DNA of 64,000 bases from the NCBI GenBank assembly GCA_015058945.1, contig SVBF01000007.1:133850-197849 (forward strand), given 5' to 3'. The stretch is from Erysipelotrichaceae bacterium. Its GTDB lineage: Bacteria; Bacillota_I; Bacilli_A; RFN20; CAG-826. The notes beneath the pieces were generated by a model that worked only from the letters and a program-made list of their open reading frames with translations, was not told the origin of the DNA and made no database searches. Below, piece after piece: positions 29,337-38,282 of the stretch; positions within the stretch are counted from its first letter, which is position 1; each line of letters opens with the position of its first letter. The position numbers and the translations under genes are program-made.

Positions 29337-29353
29337 TGTTTCATATTGAAACA
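29337..29353. promoter_or_regulatory. Palindromic candidate operator TGTTTC-ATATT-GAAACA, about 100 bp upstream of the 76-aa membrane protein.
   Basis: Perfect inverted repeat of the same family. Confidence 0.5.
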
Positions 29354-29472
29354 CCTCGGGTCTTGCTTCATAGAAGGCTCTTTTTGGCTTTTGCGCTTTC
29401 GTTAAAGGCAAGATCGTGCCAAGGATGGCGGTAAACGGAACTTGATTGATTCCTTGCGGTTTCCTGGAGAAC

Positions 29473-29817
29473 TCACTGGCGGGTTTGCGCCGAATCGGCG
29501 ATGAAGAAGATGCCTGGCACAACGGCGCCGAAGATGATGCCGAAGACGCCAAGGACGATGCCCGTGCCTTTGCCCATGGGGCTGTTGCGCTTGCCGATCA
29601 TAATCCCGGAGAAGACGATACCGACCAGAAAATAACCTGCGATAGCGAGGAAGACGGCAGCGACGGCAGCGAGTTCCGGAGCAGGAATCGCTCCAGGATC
29701 GCCCTCCGCCATGCCCTTCGCGGCGATGTTTATGATGCCGACGATGAGAAAGACAAGCGCGACAATCGCATAACTGATGATCGTGATGATCCCGGAAATC
29801 AGAACGCCTTTTTTCAT
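29473..29817 (-). CDS. Small membrane protein (114 aa, about 3 TM), paralog of 32003..32338.
   Basis: Shares KRNSxMxK-GIVLGVFxxxFGAxxPGIFFxxDS with its paralog. AAAGGA RBS. Confidence 0.6.
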   Translation of the reverse strand: MKKGVLISGIITIISYAIVALVFLIVGIINIAAKGMAEGDPGAIPAPELAAVAAVFLAIAGYFLVGIVFSGIMIGKRNSPMGKGTGIVLGVFGIIFGAVVPGIFFIADSAQTRQ

Positions 29818-29947
29818 AGTTTTTGATCCTTTCGTTTGATACTAATCGTAAGAAGAACTCCTATCATATTTAACAATTGACGCTACTTCTGCATGGTTTT
29901 CGATAGACGCAAGGGTTTTGCCCGTAGGCCTTACCAAAAGGCCACTT

Positions 29948-31891
29948 TTAGGCTTCCTCGGCATCGATGTAGGCGCCGAGGGCATCGACGTCATAAGGTT
30001 GGCAAAAGCCATTTTTTGCAACGCCGATGTCGGGGATGCCGCCGTGCTCATCGCCATAGTACTTATCGGCTTCCTCATCGTAATAACCGACGTGGTAGGG
30101 AGAAGAGTAACGGATATGCATGCCACTAGGCATAGTATATTCGAAGACGCAGCATTCTCCGCCGCCGGACCTCCCGCCAATGATGGTGGCGAGATTATAG
30201 CGTTTGGCGTAGAAGGGGAAAGCGTTGCCGCAGGAGAAGGAATAGTTGCTGGTGAGGATGTAGAACTTGAAATCGTTACCATAGCAGTCGGCGAGGTCGT
30301 ATTTGCCATCGTCATTGGCGTCGACCCTGGTGGTTGTCCTTAAGATGGCGTCGTTGTCGTCGCTACGGAGGAAGATTTCGGATTTGTTGTCTTTGCTCAT
30401 GAGGGCGAGAAGCTTGGCCATGATGGTCACGTAGCCACCGCCGTTGAGGGTGTCGTCGATGATGATCCTCTTGACGCCTTTGGATTTGGCCTCCTCGAGG
30501 TTGCGGACGAAGTAATTGAAGGTATCGGAGTAGAAGACCTTTTCGGGGATGGGTTCGCCCTCTTCGGGGAAATGATTGTAAGTGTCGAAGCCATCGAAGC
30601 TGAAGAAACCGTATTTTCCGTCATTGGAATAAAGCATGTCTTTCACTTTGACTTTGGTGCCGTGTTCCTCGTTATAGCGTTTGTATGCGGCCGCGCGCTC
30701 GGCGGCTAGATACCAGTTGAGTTCCATGCGGTCTTTTTGGAAGCCTTGCTCATAATGGTAATCGCTAAAACCGCTCTCGCCATAGTTATGGCTCGGACTG
30801 ACGCCGCTATGCATATCGTTGAGCATATCGATAGCGCGGCCATAGGCATTGAAGCGGGTTTCGCTATCATCGGAGAGGAAATTGGCCGATAGCTCAAAGC
30901 CTTCGAAATAATTACTCATGGAACGGATGCCCTTTTGGGAGGCCATGCCATAGAAGTTGTCCATCAGAAAGTAGAAGAGCTTCTTATTGAAAGCGGTCAA
31001 AGCCTGGGGCTGATGGATTATTGTCGGGTTATCCTTCTCGCCATAGGCCTCGGAGTGGCAATTGGAGATATAGAATTTCGGCGCGACGGTATCCCCATCC
31101 GGCATGGCGAGCAAGCCGGTTTCTAGTTGATTTTGGGACCCGAATTCGACGAGTTCCATTTTGGGGGTGTTGAAAACGAATCCGCGTTCAACCGTCAGGC
31201 TGAGGGCAAGGCTAAGCAACGCGAAGGGATACTGGTATTTTCCGTCGACTTGGAAGACGTCAAAGCCATATTGTCCAAAGGGATAGATCTTGGTGATGTT
31301 TTCGTGTCCGGGCATATATTCGTTCACGATTTGGGCGCGGGCGTTTTCGCCGGTGATGCCGTTACGGGTGCTTTTCAAGAAGTCGGAATCGAGCTCTCCG
31401 TCGAGTGAGAGGGTCTCTTCCTTTGCGTCCATGGTGATGCGGAAGGCGACTTCTTCGCCCTTTTTGACGGTCCAGGATGAGACGCTATCATGATTCTCGC
31501 TAGAGGCGGCATATCCCTCGCTCAGCTCGCTTTCTAGCAATTTGCCGAAGGATTCAACATCGATGTAATAGATGCTGTCATCGATATTGTCGAGGTAATA
31601 CATCTTGAGCTTGTCTTTGCGGTAATACTCCTCGGGGGTTTTGGTATCCTCGTAATATTCCGGGTCATCCGACCTATATGGGGCGCCGATCAAATCGAGG
31701 ACGTTGAGCTCGGCCGACTTGATGCGGCCTTTGTACGGGTCGACGGACGAAGAACTCGATGTCGTCAAAGAGGTCTCCGAGGAAGAAAGAGAACTTTCGC
31801 TGGAGGCAAGACTGCTAGAAACTCCGCTAGAGCAGGCGGTTAGGCCAACGAGAAGGCAAGTAAAGCTGAGGACATGCAATGGTTTTTTCAT
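29948..31891 (-). CDS. Lipoprotein, probable S41-family serine peptidase (C-terminal-processing/tricorn-core-like).
   Basis: Signal peptide plus lipobox (LTACSSG) and a Ser-rich linker. The C-terminal region has RIIIDDTLNGGGYV (the S41 'DxRxNxGG' box) and LTSNYSFSCGNAF (candidate catalytic Ser). Confidence 0.5.
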   Translation of the reverse strand: MKKPLHVLSFTCLLVGLTACSSGVSSSLASSESSLSSSETSLTTSSSSSVDPYKGRIKSAELNVLDLIGAPYRSDDPEYYEDTKTPEEYYRKDKLKMYYLDNIDDSIYYIDVESFGKLLESELSEGYAASSENHDSVSSWTVKKGEEVAFRITMDAKEETLSLDGELDSDFLKSTRNGITGENARAQIVNEYMPGHENITKIYPFGQYGFDVFQVDGKYQYPFALLSLALSLTVERGFVFNTPKMELVEFGSQNQLETGLLAMPDGDTVAPKFYISNCHSEAYGEKDNPTIIHQPQALTAFNKKLFYFLMDNFYGMASQKGIRSMSNYFEGFELSANFLSDDSETRFNAYGRAIDMLNDMHSGVSPSHNYGESGFSDYHYEQGFQKDRMELNWYLAAERAAAYKRYNEEHGTKVKVKDMLYSNDGKYGFFSFDGFDTYNHFPEEGEPIPEKVFYSDTFNYFVRNLEEAKSKGVKRIIIDDTLNGGGYVTIMAKLLALMSKDNKSEIFLRSDDNDAILRTTTRVDANDDGKYDLADCYGNDFKFYILTSNYSFSCGNAFPFYAKRYNLATIIGGRSGGGECCVFEYTMPSGMHIRYSSPYHVGYYDEEADKYYGDEHGGIPDIGVAKNGFCQPYDVDALGAYIDAEEA

Positions 31892-32002
31892 GATTTTGCT
31901 CCTTAAATGGGCAGGTGGTTGATTGACGAAGAAGGAATCTGATTTCGCCTATAAAAGCGAAAACTTCCCAGTGCGCCAGGAAGTTTCGCCGTAAATGGGT
32001 CA

Positions 32003-32338
32003 TTATTCGCGAGAACGGTTCATGCCGGAATCGATGGCAAAGAAGATGCCGGGGAGCGTCGCGCCAAAAACGGCGGCGAAGACGCCCAAGACGATGCCGG
32101 GGGCCTTCTTCATGTCGGAGTTGCGCTTGACGAGAAGGATGACATCAAGAATAGCGCCGACGATGAGACTAAAGCCCAAGGCGATGTTGGCCGCGGCTAA
32201 ACTCGGATTGGGGTCGATCGTGACGGAACCGGATTGGACCTTCACTAGGTCGCCGAAGCCAACGACGAGTTCGGCTATGGCGCCCCCAACGCAGAGGACG
32301 AGCCAGATAATACCGGTGATAAGAATCGCTTTTTTCAT
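32003..32338 (-). CDS. Small membrane protein (112 aa), paralog of 29473..29817.
   Basis: The start was reassigned to MKKAILITGII. The C-terminus has the same PGIFFAIDS motif as its paralog. Confidence 0.6.
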   Translation of the reverse strand: MKKAILITGIIWLVLCVGGAIAELVVGFGDLVKVQSGSVTIDPNPSLAAANIALGFSLIVGAILDVILLVKRNSDMKKAPGIVLGVFAAVFGATLPGIFFAIDSGMNRSRE

Positions 32339-32367
32339 AGTTTTAACTCGTTGCGAACGGATATGGA

Positions 32368-32895
32368 TTAGCCGAGGAGCCCCCAAGCGGCCTCAATCTC
32401 TTGGTCCATTTCCTCGTCGTGGCCCTCGGGCCAGCTTGCCTTGGTCGTGCTGAAGGCGATGAAGACTTTGTTGGGGACCTCTCCAGAGGAAATTCTGGTC
32501 AAGGTTTCGTTCACCGCGGCTTTGTCGATGGGACCATATGCTTTGGCGCTGATATGACCTTCTCCTTCAGATTTGGCGACGGTCACATAGAGGTCTTGGG
32601 CAAAGGTGCCTTCTGCGGTAAGTTCGAACTTCCCGCCGAGGTCGTCCTGTCGGCCGCCCGTGATAGAGGTGCCGTTGATTCTGAGACGAGGGGTTGTCTC
32701 CGGGTCGGAAGTGGCGACGACGTTGCTGGGGACGTCCATGTAGTATTGCCCATCTTTGAGGAAGTCCATGGTCTTTTTGGCGGCCGAACTTGTGAGGGAC
32801 GGTTCGGAGCTCGACACGGACGATCCGCCATTCCCCCCGCAGGAGGCAAGAAGGACGAGGCTTGCTAGGAAGACGATGATTTTTTGAGCTTTCAT
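32368..32895 (-). CDS. Lipoprotein of unknown function (175 aa).
   Basis: MKAQKIIVFLASLVLLASCGG has the lipobox LASC and an AGGAG RBS. It is the first gene of the lipoprotein/membrane-protein array. Confidence 0.65.
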   Translation of the reverse strand: MKAQKIIVFLASLVLLASCGGNGGSSVSSSEPSLTSSAAKKTMDFLKDGQYYMDVPSNVVATSDPETTPRLRINGTSITGGRQDDLGGKFELTAEGTFAQDLYVTVAKSEGEGHISAKAYGPIDKAAVNETLTRISSGEVPNKVFIAFSTTKASWPEGHDEEMDQEIEAAWGLLG

Positions 32896-32955
32896 TGTTT
32901 TGATCTCCTTAAACGGCTGTATTCTAATTTGACTGGTGGGTCCGCTCTATAGAGC

Positions 32956-32970
32956 GTTTCGGATTGAAAC
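32956..32970. promoter_or_regulatory. Palindromic candidate operator GTTTC-GGATT-GAAAC in the divergent intergenic region between the lipoprotein array and the RR/HK pair.
   Basis: It lies 61 bp upstream of the lipoprotein start at 32895 and 74 bp upstream of the RR start at 33044. Confidence 0.55.
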
Positions 32971-33043
32971 CTTTTTTACGTCTCTTGTTTTCTTGTAAAA
33001 TGCCTTTGGTATTACCCAAAACCGCATTAAGGATTGTTGGCAG

Positions 33044-33649
33044 ATGAATAAAAAACTGACGTTCGGACAAGCGCTCTTGGCGGCGAGGAAACGAAAAGGA
33101 CTCTCGCAGCAGCAGCTTGCGGATCGTTTGCCCGTCATCCGCTCCAGCGTTGCGAACTGGGAAGCGGACCGGCGCTTGCCAAGCGCGACGATCATGGCCC
33201 GAATCGCCGAGATCCTGGAAGTCGACGTCGCGGAACTCCTCGATGCCGCAAACGAAAACGCGACCCGTCCCATCGTCATCGTGGTGGACGATAACCCAAT
33301 CGTCCTTTCGGGAAGCGCGCCCATTATTGAAGAAGTCATGCCGAAAGCGTTGGTCGTTTGTTTTAGTAGTCCCTCGCAAGCCCTTGAATTCGCGAAAGAA
33401 AACCGGGTCGCCCTCGCCTTTTTGGACATCGAGCTCGGATTGGCCAACGGAATCGATCTCTGCAATGCCCTGATCAAGGTCAATCCGCGTATGAACGCCG
33501 TTTTCCTTACCGCCTATCCCGACTATGGCGTCGATGCGTGGGGCACGGAGGCGAGCGGATTCATGGTCAAGCCGATCACGGCGGAAGGCGTAAAGGCGCA
33601 GCTTAAGAAACTCCGGCACCCCTTCCCGACCGGAGGGATCGCCGCATGA
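33044..33649 (+). CDS. Response regulator, XRE-HTH (N-terminal) plus REC (C-terminal); paralog of 3047..3643.
   Basis: KGLSQQQLADRLPVIRSSVANWEAD fits an HTH. The receiver has IVIVVDD, LDIELGLANG, LTAY and VKPI. Its stop overlaps the kinase start (ATGA). Confidence 0.75.
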   Translation: MNKKLTFGQALLAARKRKGLSQQQLADRLPVIRSSVANWEADRRLPSATIMARIAEILEVDVAELLDAANENATRPIVIVVDDNPIVLSGSAPIIEEVMPKALVVCFSSPSQALEFAKENRVALAFLDIELGLANGIDLCNALIKVNPRMNAVFLTAYPDYGVDAWGTEASGFMVKPITAEGVKAQLKKLRHPFPTGGIAA

Positions 33650-34923
33650 ACGAGGAGGCTTTGACCTATGTCTACTTTTTCATCGGCGGCGCCCTGCTGC
33701 TGCTTGTTTTGCTGGGCTTAGTGGCTTCTTGCACCTTCCCGGGCCTAAACAAACGCAGCAAACGCTTCTTCATACCCTCCTTCTCCATCCTGGCTTTAAG
33801 CATCGTCGCCTACGTCATCGATTTGTTCGTCTACCGGGATCCAAGTCTGGCTTGGGTGGGCAAGATCGTTTCATTCGTCGAGACGTTTCTTCCTTCCGTG
33901 CTGCTTCCGCTTCTGACGGCCTATGTTTTGCTTTGTTGCGGCAAAAACCCCAGCAAAAGCCCCTTGTTTTATGTCGCGTTGTCTTTGTGTGCGTCGCTGT
34001 TAGTTTTGCTGTCCATCGCCCAGTTCACCGACGCCATCTACTATTTCACGAAAGATAACCAATTCGTCCGCGGGCGCTTCTATTGGGTTTTGCTCGTTCC
34101 GATACTCGCCTTGATCGCCGTCAATCTATTCGAAATCATCCGCAGGAGGAAAGTGCTTGGCAAAAAATACTTCATCGCCTTCCTCGTCTTTTTGTTCCCG
34201 TTGCTTATCGCGATGATCGCTCAGGCGTTTGCCGATGTTTTCCTTCTTATTGTCATTGCCGTCTCCATCAGCGCCCTTTCGATGTTTGGGATCATCGTCG
34301 CGGATCAGGTCGGGCAATATCTTTCGCAGCAACGCGAAATCGCCGACCAGCGCGCAAGCATCGCCGTACTGCAGATGCGCCCCCACTTCATCTATAACAC
34401 CATGACGAGCATCTATTACCTCTGCGCGCAAGACACCCAGAAAGCGCAGCAGGTCACGTTGGATTTCACTACATACCTCCGCAAGAACTTCAAGGCGATT
34501 GCCAGCAAGAGCCCCATTCCTTTCACGGAGGAATTGGAGCACACCCGCGCCTACCTTGCGGTCGTGCAGGCGCAACTCAAGGACAAACTCTTGGTCGAGT
34601 TCGACACGCCTCACACGTTGTTCCGCCTGCCTCCCCTCACGTTGCAACCGCTTGTAGAGAACGCCGTCAAATATGGGGTGAACCTCGACGCCGCGGAGCC
34701 TTTACACGTCTCAATCAAAACCGAGAAAACCGAGAAAGGCAGCCTGGTCATCGTAGCGGACAATGGCCCCGGAATCTCGGAAGACGATAACGGCGAGCCA
34801 CACATTGCCCTCAGCAATATCCGCGAGCGCCTTTCCGCTATCAGGGGGATGCTTACGATCTCCGCGGGCGAAAACGGGGGCACCACTATTCGCGTCTTCA
34901 TCCCGGACGGGGATCAGAAATAG
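33646..34923 (+). CDS. LytS-type sensor histidine kinase, paralog of 3640..4905.
   Basis: Polytopic N-terminus, an LQMRPHFIYNTMTSIYYLC His_kinase box and a C-terminal HATPase (ADNGPGI). Confidence 0.8.
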   Translation: MNEEALTYVYFFIGGALLLLVLLGLVASCTFPGLNKRSKRFFIPSFSILALSIVAYVIDLFVYRDPSLAWVGKIVSFVETFLPSVLLPLLTAYVLLCCGKNPSKSPLFYVALSLCASLLVLLSIAQFTDAIYYFTKDNQFVRGRFYWVLLVPILALIAVNLFEIIRRRKVLGKKYFIAFLVFLFPLLIAMIAQAFADVFLLIVIAVSISALSMFGIIVADQVGQYLSQQREIADQRASIAVLQMRPHFIYNTMTSIYYLCAQDTQKAQQVTLDFTTYLRKNFKAIASKSPIPFTEELEHTRAYLAVVQAQLKDKLLVEFDTPHTLFRLPPLTLQPLVENAVKYGVNLDAAEPLHVSIKTEKTEKGSLVIVADNGPGISEDDNGEPHIALSNIRERLSAIRGMLTISAGENGGTTIRVFIPDGDQK

Positions 34924-34967
34924 ACGCCTCGATCCGCGCTTATCCCCCTTTTCAAAACCAGGAGATA

Positions 34968-35289
34968 CACCTGAAGATCATAAAAGCCATCGCCTCCAAA
35001 CGGATTGGCCTTTCCCACACGCAAATCGTCAAGGAAACGGGAATCCCTTCCAATGGCTCCCTAAGCAAGGCCCTAGACGATCTTGTTGACTCCGGTTTCC
35101 TTTTGGCGGAATAGAGGGGATGGGCGAAGCGAAGCGCTCTACCGACTATCTGACCCCTTCACCGCGTTCTATTTCCGCTTTCTGAATAAGAACTCGGGTC
35201 AGGATGAGCGCTTCTGGTCCAACTCCTACGCTCTTCCGGCGAGAAACGTATGGGCCGGACTATCCTTCGAATCCGTCTTATTAAGCTGA
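34968..35289 (+). pseudogene. C-terminal remnant of an ATPase (PF01637/DUF234-type, 'archaeal ATPase' family), frameshifted and lacking its N-terminus.
   Basis: The two adjacent frames read LKIIKAIASKRIGLSHTQIVKETGIPSNGSLSKALDDLVDSGFLLAE and ...YRLSDPFTAFYFRFLNKN... These are the winged-helix plus 'YR(L/F)xDPxxxFWFRF' tail typical of this ATPase family. The P-loop half is missing, with the HK gene ending only 45 bp upstream. Confidence 0.5.
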
Positions 35290-35662
35290 TTTAATGAAAA
35301 CCTTATTACGCAGTAATAGTCCCATGGTAAACTCGTGGTACAAAATGCTGGTTGGAAAACGCCCTTGGTATGGGCATAACCCATCAGTCAGTAGTAAAAG
35401 ACAGAAGTGAAAATCGTGGTACTGCAAACTTTTTGACTTTTTTGGGGTTTGGCCTTGCAAACGCGCCATGCCACCGCTTATTTCAAGTCAATCTCCAGGG
35501 CGTCGGCATCTCCGTCCGGCCATTCCGGAAAGCGGATCTGCGCGCCTTCGCCTCGGGGCGAAGGAAAAGGCCGATGCGCTGTGCACCGGCCTGGATTCGC
35601 GGATGATCGTGGCCCTTAGCAAGAACGAGAACCCGGGTCGGAACGGCCGCCGCTACCAGATG

Positions 35663-35703
35663 CAAAAAAAACGGGGCTGCCTTCGCTTTCGGCAAACCCC
35701 GTT
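35663..35703 (-). terminator. Rho-independent terminator downstream of the secreted-protein gene.
   Basis: On the minus strand: AACGGGG-loop-CCCCGTT followed by TTTTTTTT. Confidence 0.6.
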
Positions 35704-35737
35704 ACTTGACTATGTGCGGTCCGCGCCGTGGCCGATG

Positions 35738-36355
35738 TCAGCAGTCCCAAGAAAGGCTCAGGCTGCTGACGTACAAATTGGCTTCATCCGAATCGTCCGT
35801 GATTTGGAGACTTACATTGACTTCAACCACGGTTCCGTCGGTAGGCCCTTTGTCCCATTCGAAGTGCGCGGTACCGTTCCTACTCTCGTCGAGTTCGAAA
35901 GAGTAGTTCCAACACCCGACCTGGTTTCTGCCGTCGTCGAGCAGCTCGATCCTGTACACGTCCACAGTGCCCGCGTCGTTTTCGACGCCCATGTCGATCT
36001 CGAAATGGGTTAAGTTGTTTATGCCAATGATCAGGGAGTAGCCGCGATACTGGCCCTCAGGCTGCGGATGCGCCTCCACAAACCTTTCATTCTGCCCGAA
36101 GGCGACCGACCAGATTTCCGACGGCGCAACCGTCGTGTGGATGGGGTCGGATACGCCGGTTGTGACATCAACGTCTTGAACAACCGGAATGGACTCGAAC
36201 TGGGATCCGGTGGCGGCGTTGAAGGTGAAGATTTTGCTCGTGGCCTTGGCCTCGAAGATGGCGTTTAGCTTCGGGCCTCCGCCGAGGGCCAGCGTGGCGA
36301 CGACAGCAGCGCAGCCGAGGACGGCCAGCGACGCGATTACTACTGTTCTCTTCAT
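35738..36355 (-). CDS. Secreted protein of unknown function with a signal peptide.
   Basis: MKRTVVIASLAVLGCAAVVATLALG signal, with the start reassigned from 36427. It is preceded by the operator palindrome. Confidence 0.55.
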   Translation of the reverse strand: MKRTVVIASLAVLGCAAVVATLALGGGPKLNAIFEAKATSKIFTFNAATGSQFESIPVVQDVDVTTGVSDPIHTTVAPSEIWSVAFGQNERFVEAHPQPEGQYRGYSLIIGINNLTHFEIDMGVENDAGTVDVYRIELLDDGRNQVGCWNYSFELDESRNGTAHFEWDKGPTDGTVVEVNVSLQITDDSDEANLYVSSLSLSWDC

Positions 36356-36443
36356 TTTCTTGACCTCTATGTAGGTAAAACCGTTTAGGGTTGCCGAATT
36401 ATAGGGAAAAGAGGGCGAAAAAGGCAAACAAAGGCGGATGACT

Positions 36444-36458
36444 GTTTCAATTTGAAAC
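36444..36458. promoter_or_regulatory. Palindromic candidate operator GTTTC-AATTT-GAAAC, about 89 bp upstream of the secreted-protein gene.
   Basis: Fifth member of the GTTTC-N5-GAAAC family. Confidence 0.5.
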
Positions 36459-36950
36459 GTCGACCATGCCTTTAGACAAGGGAAAGGGGCCGACGGCTCA
36501 TTCGCCGCATCGGCCCCTCGGGTTCATTTCTTGCCGTAGAGCCTCTGGAGTATCTCCGTGGCCTTCCGCATCGTCGCCTTCTCCTCCTCGGAGATGGATC
36601 CCACGACGAAGTTGTTATAGAAGAGCCAGTCAAGGGGGCGTCGAGTACCATCGACATCTTGAAGAAAGGCATCGCGGACTTCGGGAACGTATCCGCGGTC
36701 TCCCAGTGGCTCGAGAAGAAGGAGCCGGGCAAGGTCCGCTTCGTGTTCGTGATGCGCTCCTGCAACGACATGCGCACCTGGCAGCAGTTCATGACCACCG
36801 TGTCGCAATAAGCCTTACATAAGGTAAATGAAAAATACGCGTTTTCAATCGTGCGCCAACCAAAATGCCTCGAAAACCGTGGCAATATCGTGAGACAAAT
36901 TCTTCAAAAATCAAATAAAGTGCCGATGACATCGACACTCTTTGCACAAA

Positions 36951-36967
36951 TGGAGCACGATGCGGAT
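36951..36967 (-). repeat. 17-nt exact copy of the tRNA-Gly 3' end (TCCCGCATCGTGCTCCA), a candidate attR/att-core of an element integrated at tRNA-Gly.
   Basis: On the + strand it reads tggagcacgatgcgga, identical to 38881..38897 of the intact tRNA gene. The 1.9 kb between the two contains the XRE-DUF1016 gene. Confidence 0.5.
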
Positions 36968-37049
36968 CGCCAACCCTACATTTGCTTCTCATTTTTAAGC
37001 AGATAATTTACTTTTTAAGCAAATAAAACGATGTTTACGAAGCCAACAC

Positions 37050-38282
37050 TCAATCGTTTTCGTCTTTCCTCGTCAGCAGGAAAATGGCTTTTTGGCGCTC
37101 AATCTCGTTTCTAAGTTCCGTCTCGTCCGGCATGTATGTTTTGTATTTCGCCGCGAAGATCTGCTCGTTTCCCTTAAGCACGCTATAACGGGCGATGTCC
37201 TCATCGGTCTCCGCGCACAAAAGGATGCCAAGCGTAGGATTGTCATCCGCGCCCTTGATCCTCTCGTCATACATGCGGACGTACATATCCATCTGCCCGA
37301 CGTCCTGGTGTTCGATCTTCTTGGCCTTGAGGTCGACGAGCACGAAGCAGCGAAGGAAGTAATTGTAGAAAACGAGGTCGACGTAGTAGTCCTTCTTCTC
37401 CGTGTGGATCCTCTTTTGCCTTGCGACAAAGGCATAGCCCTTCCCCATTTCGAGCAGGAACTGCGCCAAATGGTCGATGATGGCCTGCTCGAGTTCCGTC
37501 TCGTCGGGCCGTTCCGGATTTGGCAAACCGAGGAATTCCGCCACGAAAGGGTTCTTCACGTACTCAAGCGGATCCTTTGAGGGAGCGATTCCCTGAGGCA
37601 GCGCAGGCAGGCCGCCACTTTGGGTGGAGAGCAATCTTTCGTAGTATTGACTATGAATCGCCCGCTGCAGGTCGCGGACGCTCCAGCCAGAGGCAAGCGC
37701 CTCCTTTTCGTAATAGGGCCTTGCCACATCGCTATCGACGCGGATCAATAAAGCATAATGAGACCACGAGAGGAAAGAATTTCCAGACAGCGTTTGGAAA
37801 ATGTTGGGGAAAAGCCTATAGAAACGAACATAGGTATAAAGGCTGGATTTGTCGAACCCGCTTCCGAATTTTTCGGTCAAAAACGCCGATAGCTTCTTGA
37901 TAATCGACTTCCCATAGTCGTTGGCTCTCGTCGAGAGAATCTCCTCGTCAATGCGCTTGCCGATTAGATGGTTTCGCCGCAATAGTGCGATATTGATAGC
38001 ACGCACCGCGTCTCGCTTCGATGCCTCGACGATGGCGGAAACATCGGCGGAGACGTCCCCGGACTTGGACACCGAGAAAGCGGGCATAGCGATCATCTGA
38101 TTGCCGGCGACGATTTCCTCATAAAGCGCGTTGACCTTCGCCGCCGTTTCGTAATTGGGGCCGAAATGCCCATTCTCCAATCTGTTGACCGTGGAGAAGC
38201 TGACGCCCAGACGCTTTGCCATATCGGTTTGCGACAGTCCGAGCGCCCTGCGGACCGCGATGAGTTTCTCTTTGAATTCCAT
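37050..38282 (-). CDS. XRE-HTH protein fused to a DUF1016/YhcG-type PD-(D/E)xK nuclease-like domain.
   Basis: N-terminal LGLSQTDMAKRLGVSFSTVNRLENG fits an HTH. The C-terminus ...YYVDLVFYNYFLRCFVLVDLKAKKIEHQDVGQMDMYV is characteristic of the DUF1016 (YhcG) nuclease fold. The start was assigned at MEFKEK. Confidence 0.6.
   Translation of the reverse strand: MEFKEKLIAVRRALGLSQTDMAKRLGVSFSTVNRLENGHFGPNYETAAKVNALYEEIVAGNQMIAMPAFSVSKSGDVSADVSAIVEASKRDAVRAINIALLRRNHLIGKRIDEEILSTRANDYGKSIIKKLSAFLTEKFGSGFDKSSLYTYVRFYRLFPNIFQTLSGNSFLSWSHYALLIRVDSDVARPYYEKEALASGWSVRDLQRAIHSQYYERLLSTQSGGLPALPQGIAPSKDPLEYVKNPFVAEFLGLPNPERPDETELEQAIIDHLAQFLLEMGKGYAFVARQKRIHTEKKDYYVDLVFYNYFLRCFVLVDLKAKKIEHQDVGQMDMYVRMYDERIKGADDNPTLGILLCAETDEDIARYSVLKGNEQIFAAKYKTYMPDETELRNEIERQKAIFLLTRKDEND

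Noticed and set aside
35290..35660. Checked the 370-bp non-coding stretch for structured RNAs (RNase P, tmRNA, SRP, riboswitch).
   Set aside because: None of the conserved boxes for these RNAs could be recognised by eye, and the only clear structure is the terminator hairpin at 35663-35703.
36466..36990. Overlapping ORFs on both strands (36466..36822 +, 36472..36885 -, 36524..36808 -, 36789..36992 -) in the 600 bp between the operator at 36444 and the tRNA-Gly fragment at 36951.
   Set aside because: Several frames show protein-like stretches but none has a convincing start with an RBS, and the ORFs mutually overlap. This is most likely a degraded gene remnant or non-coding island-boundary DNA, so I could not assign a product.
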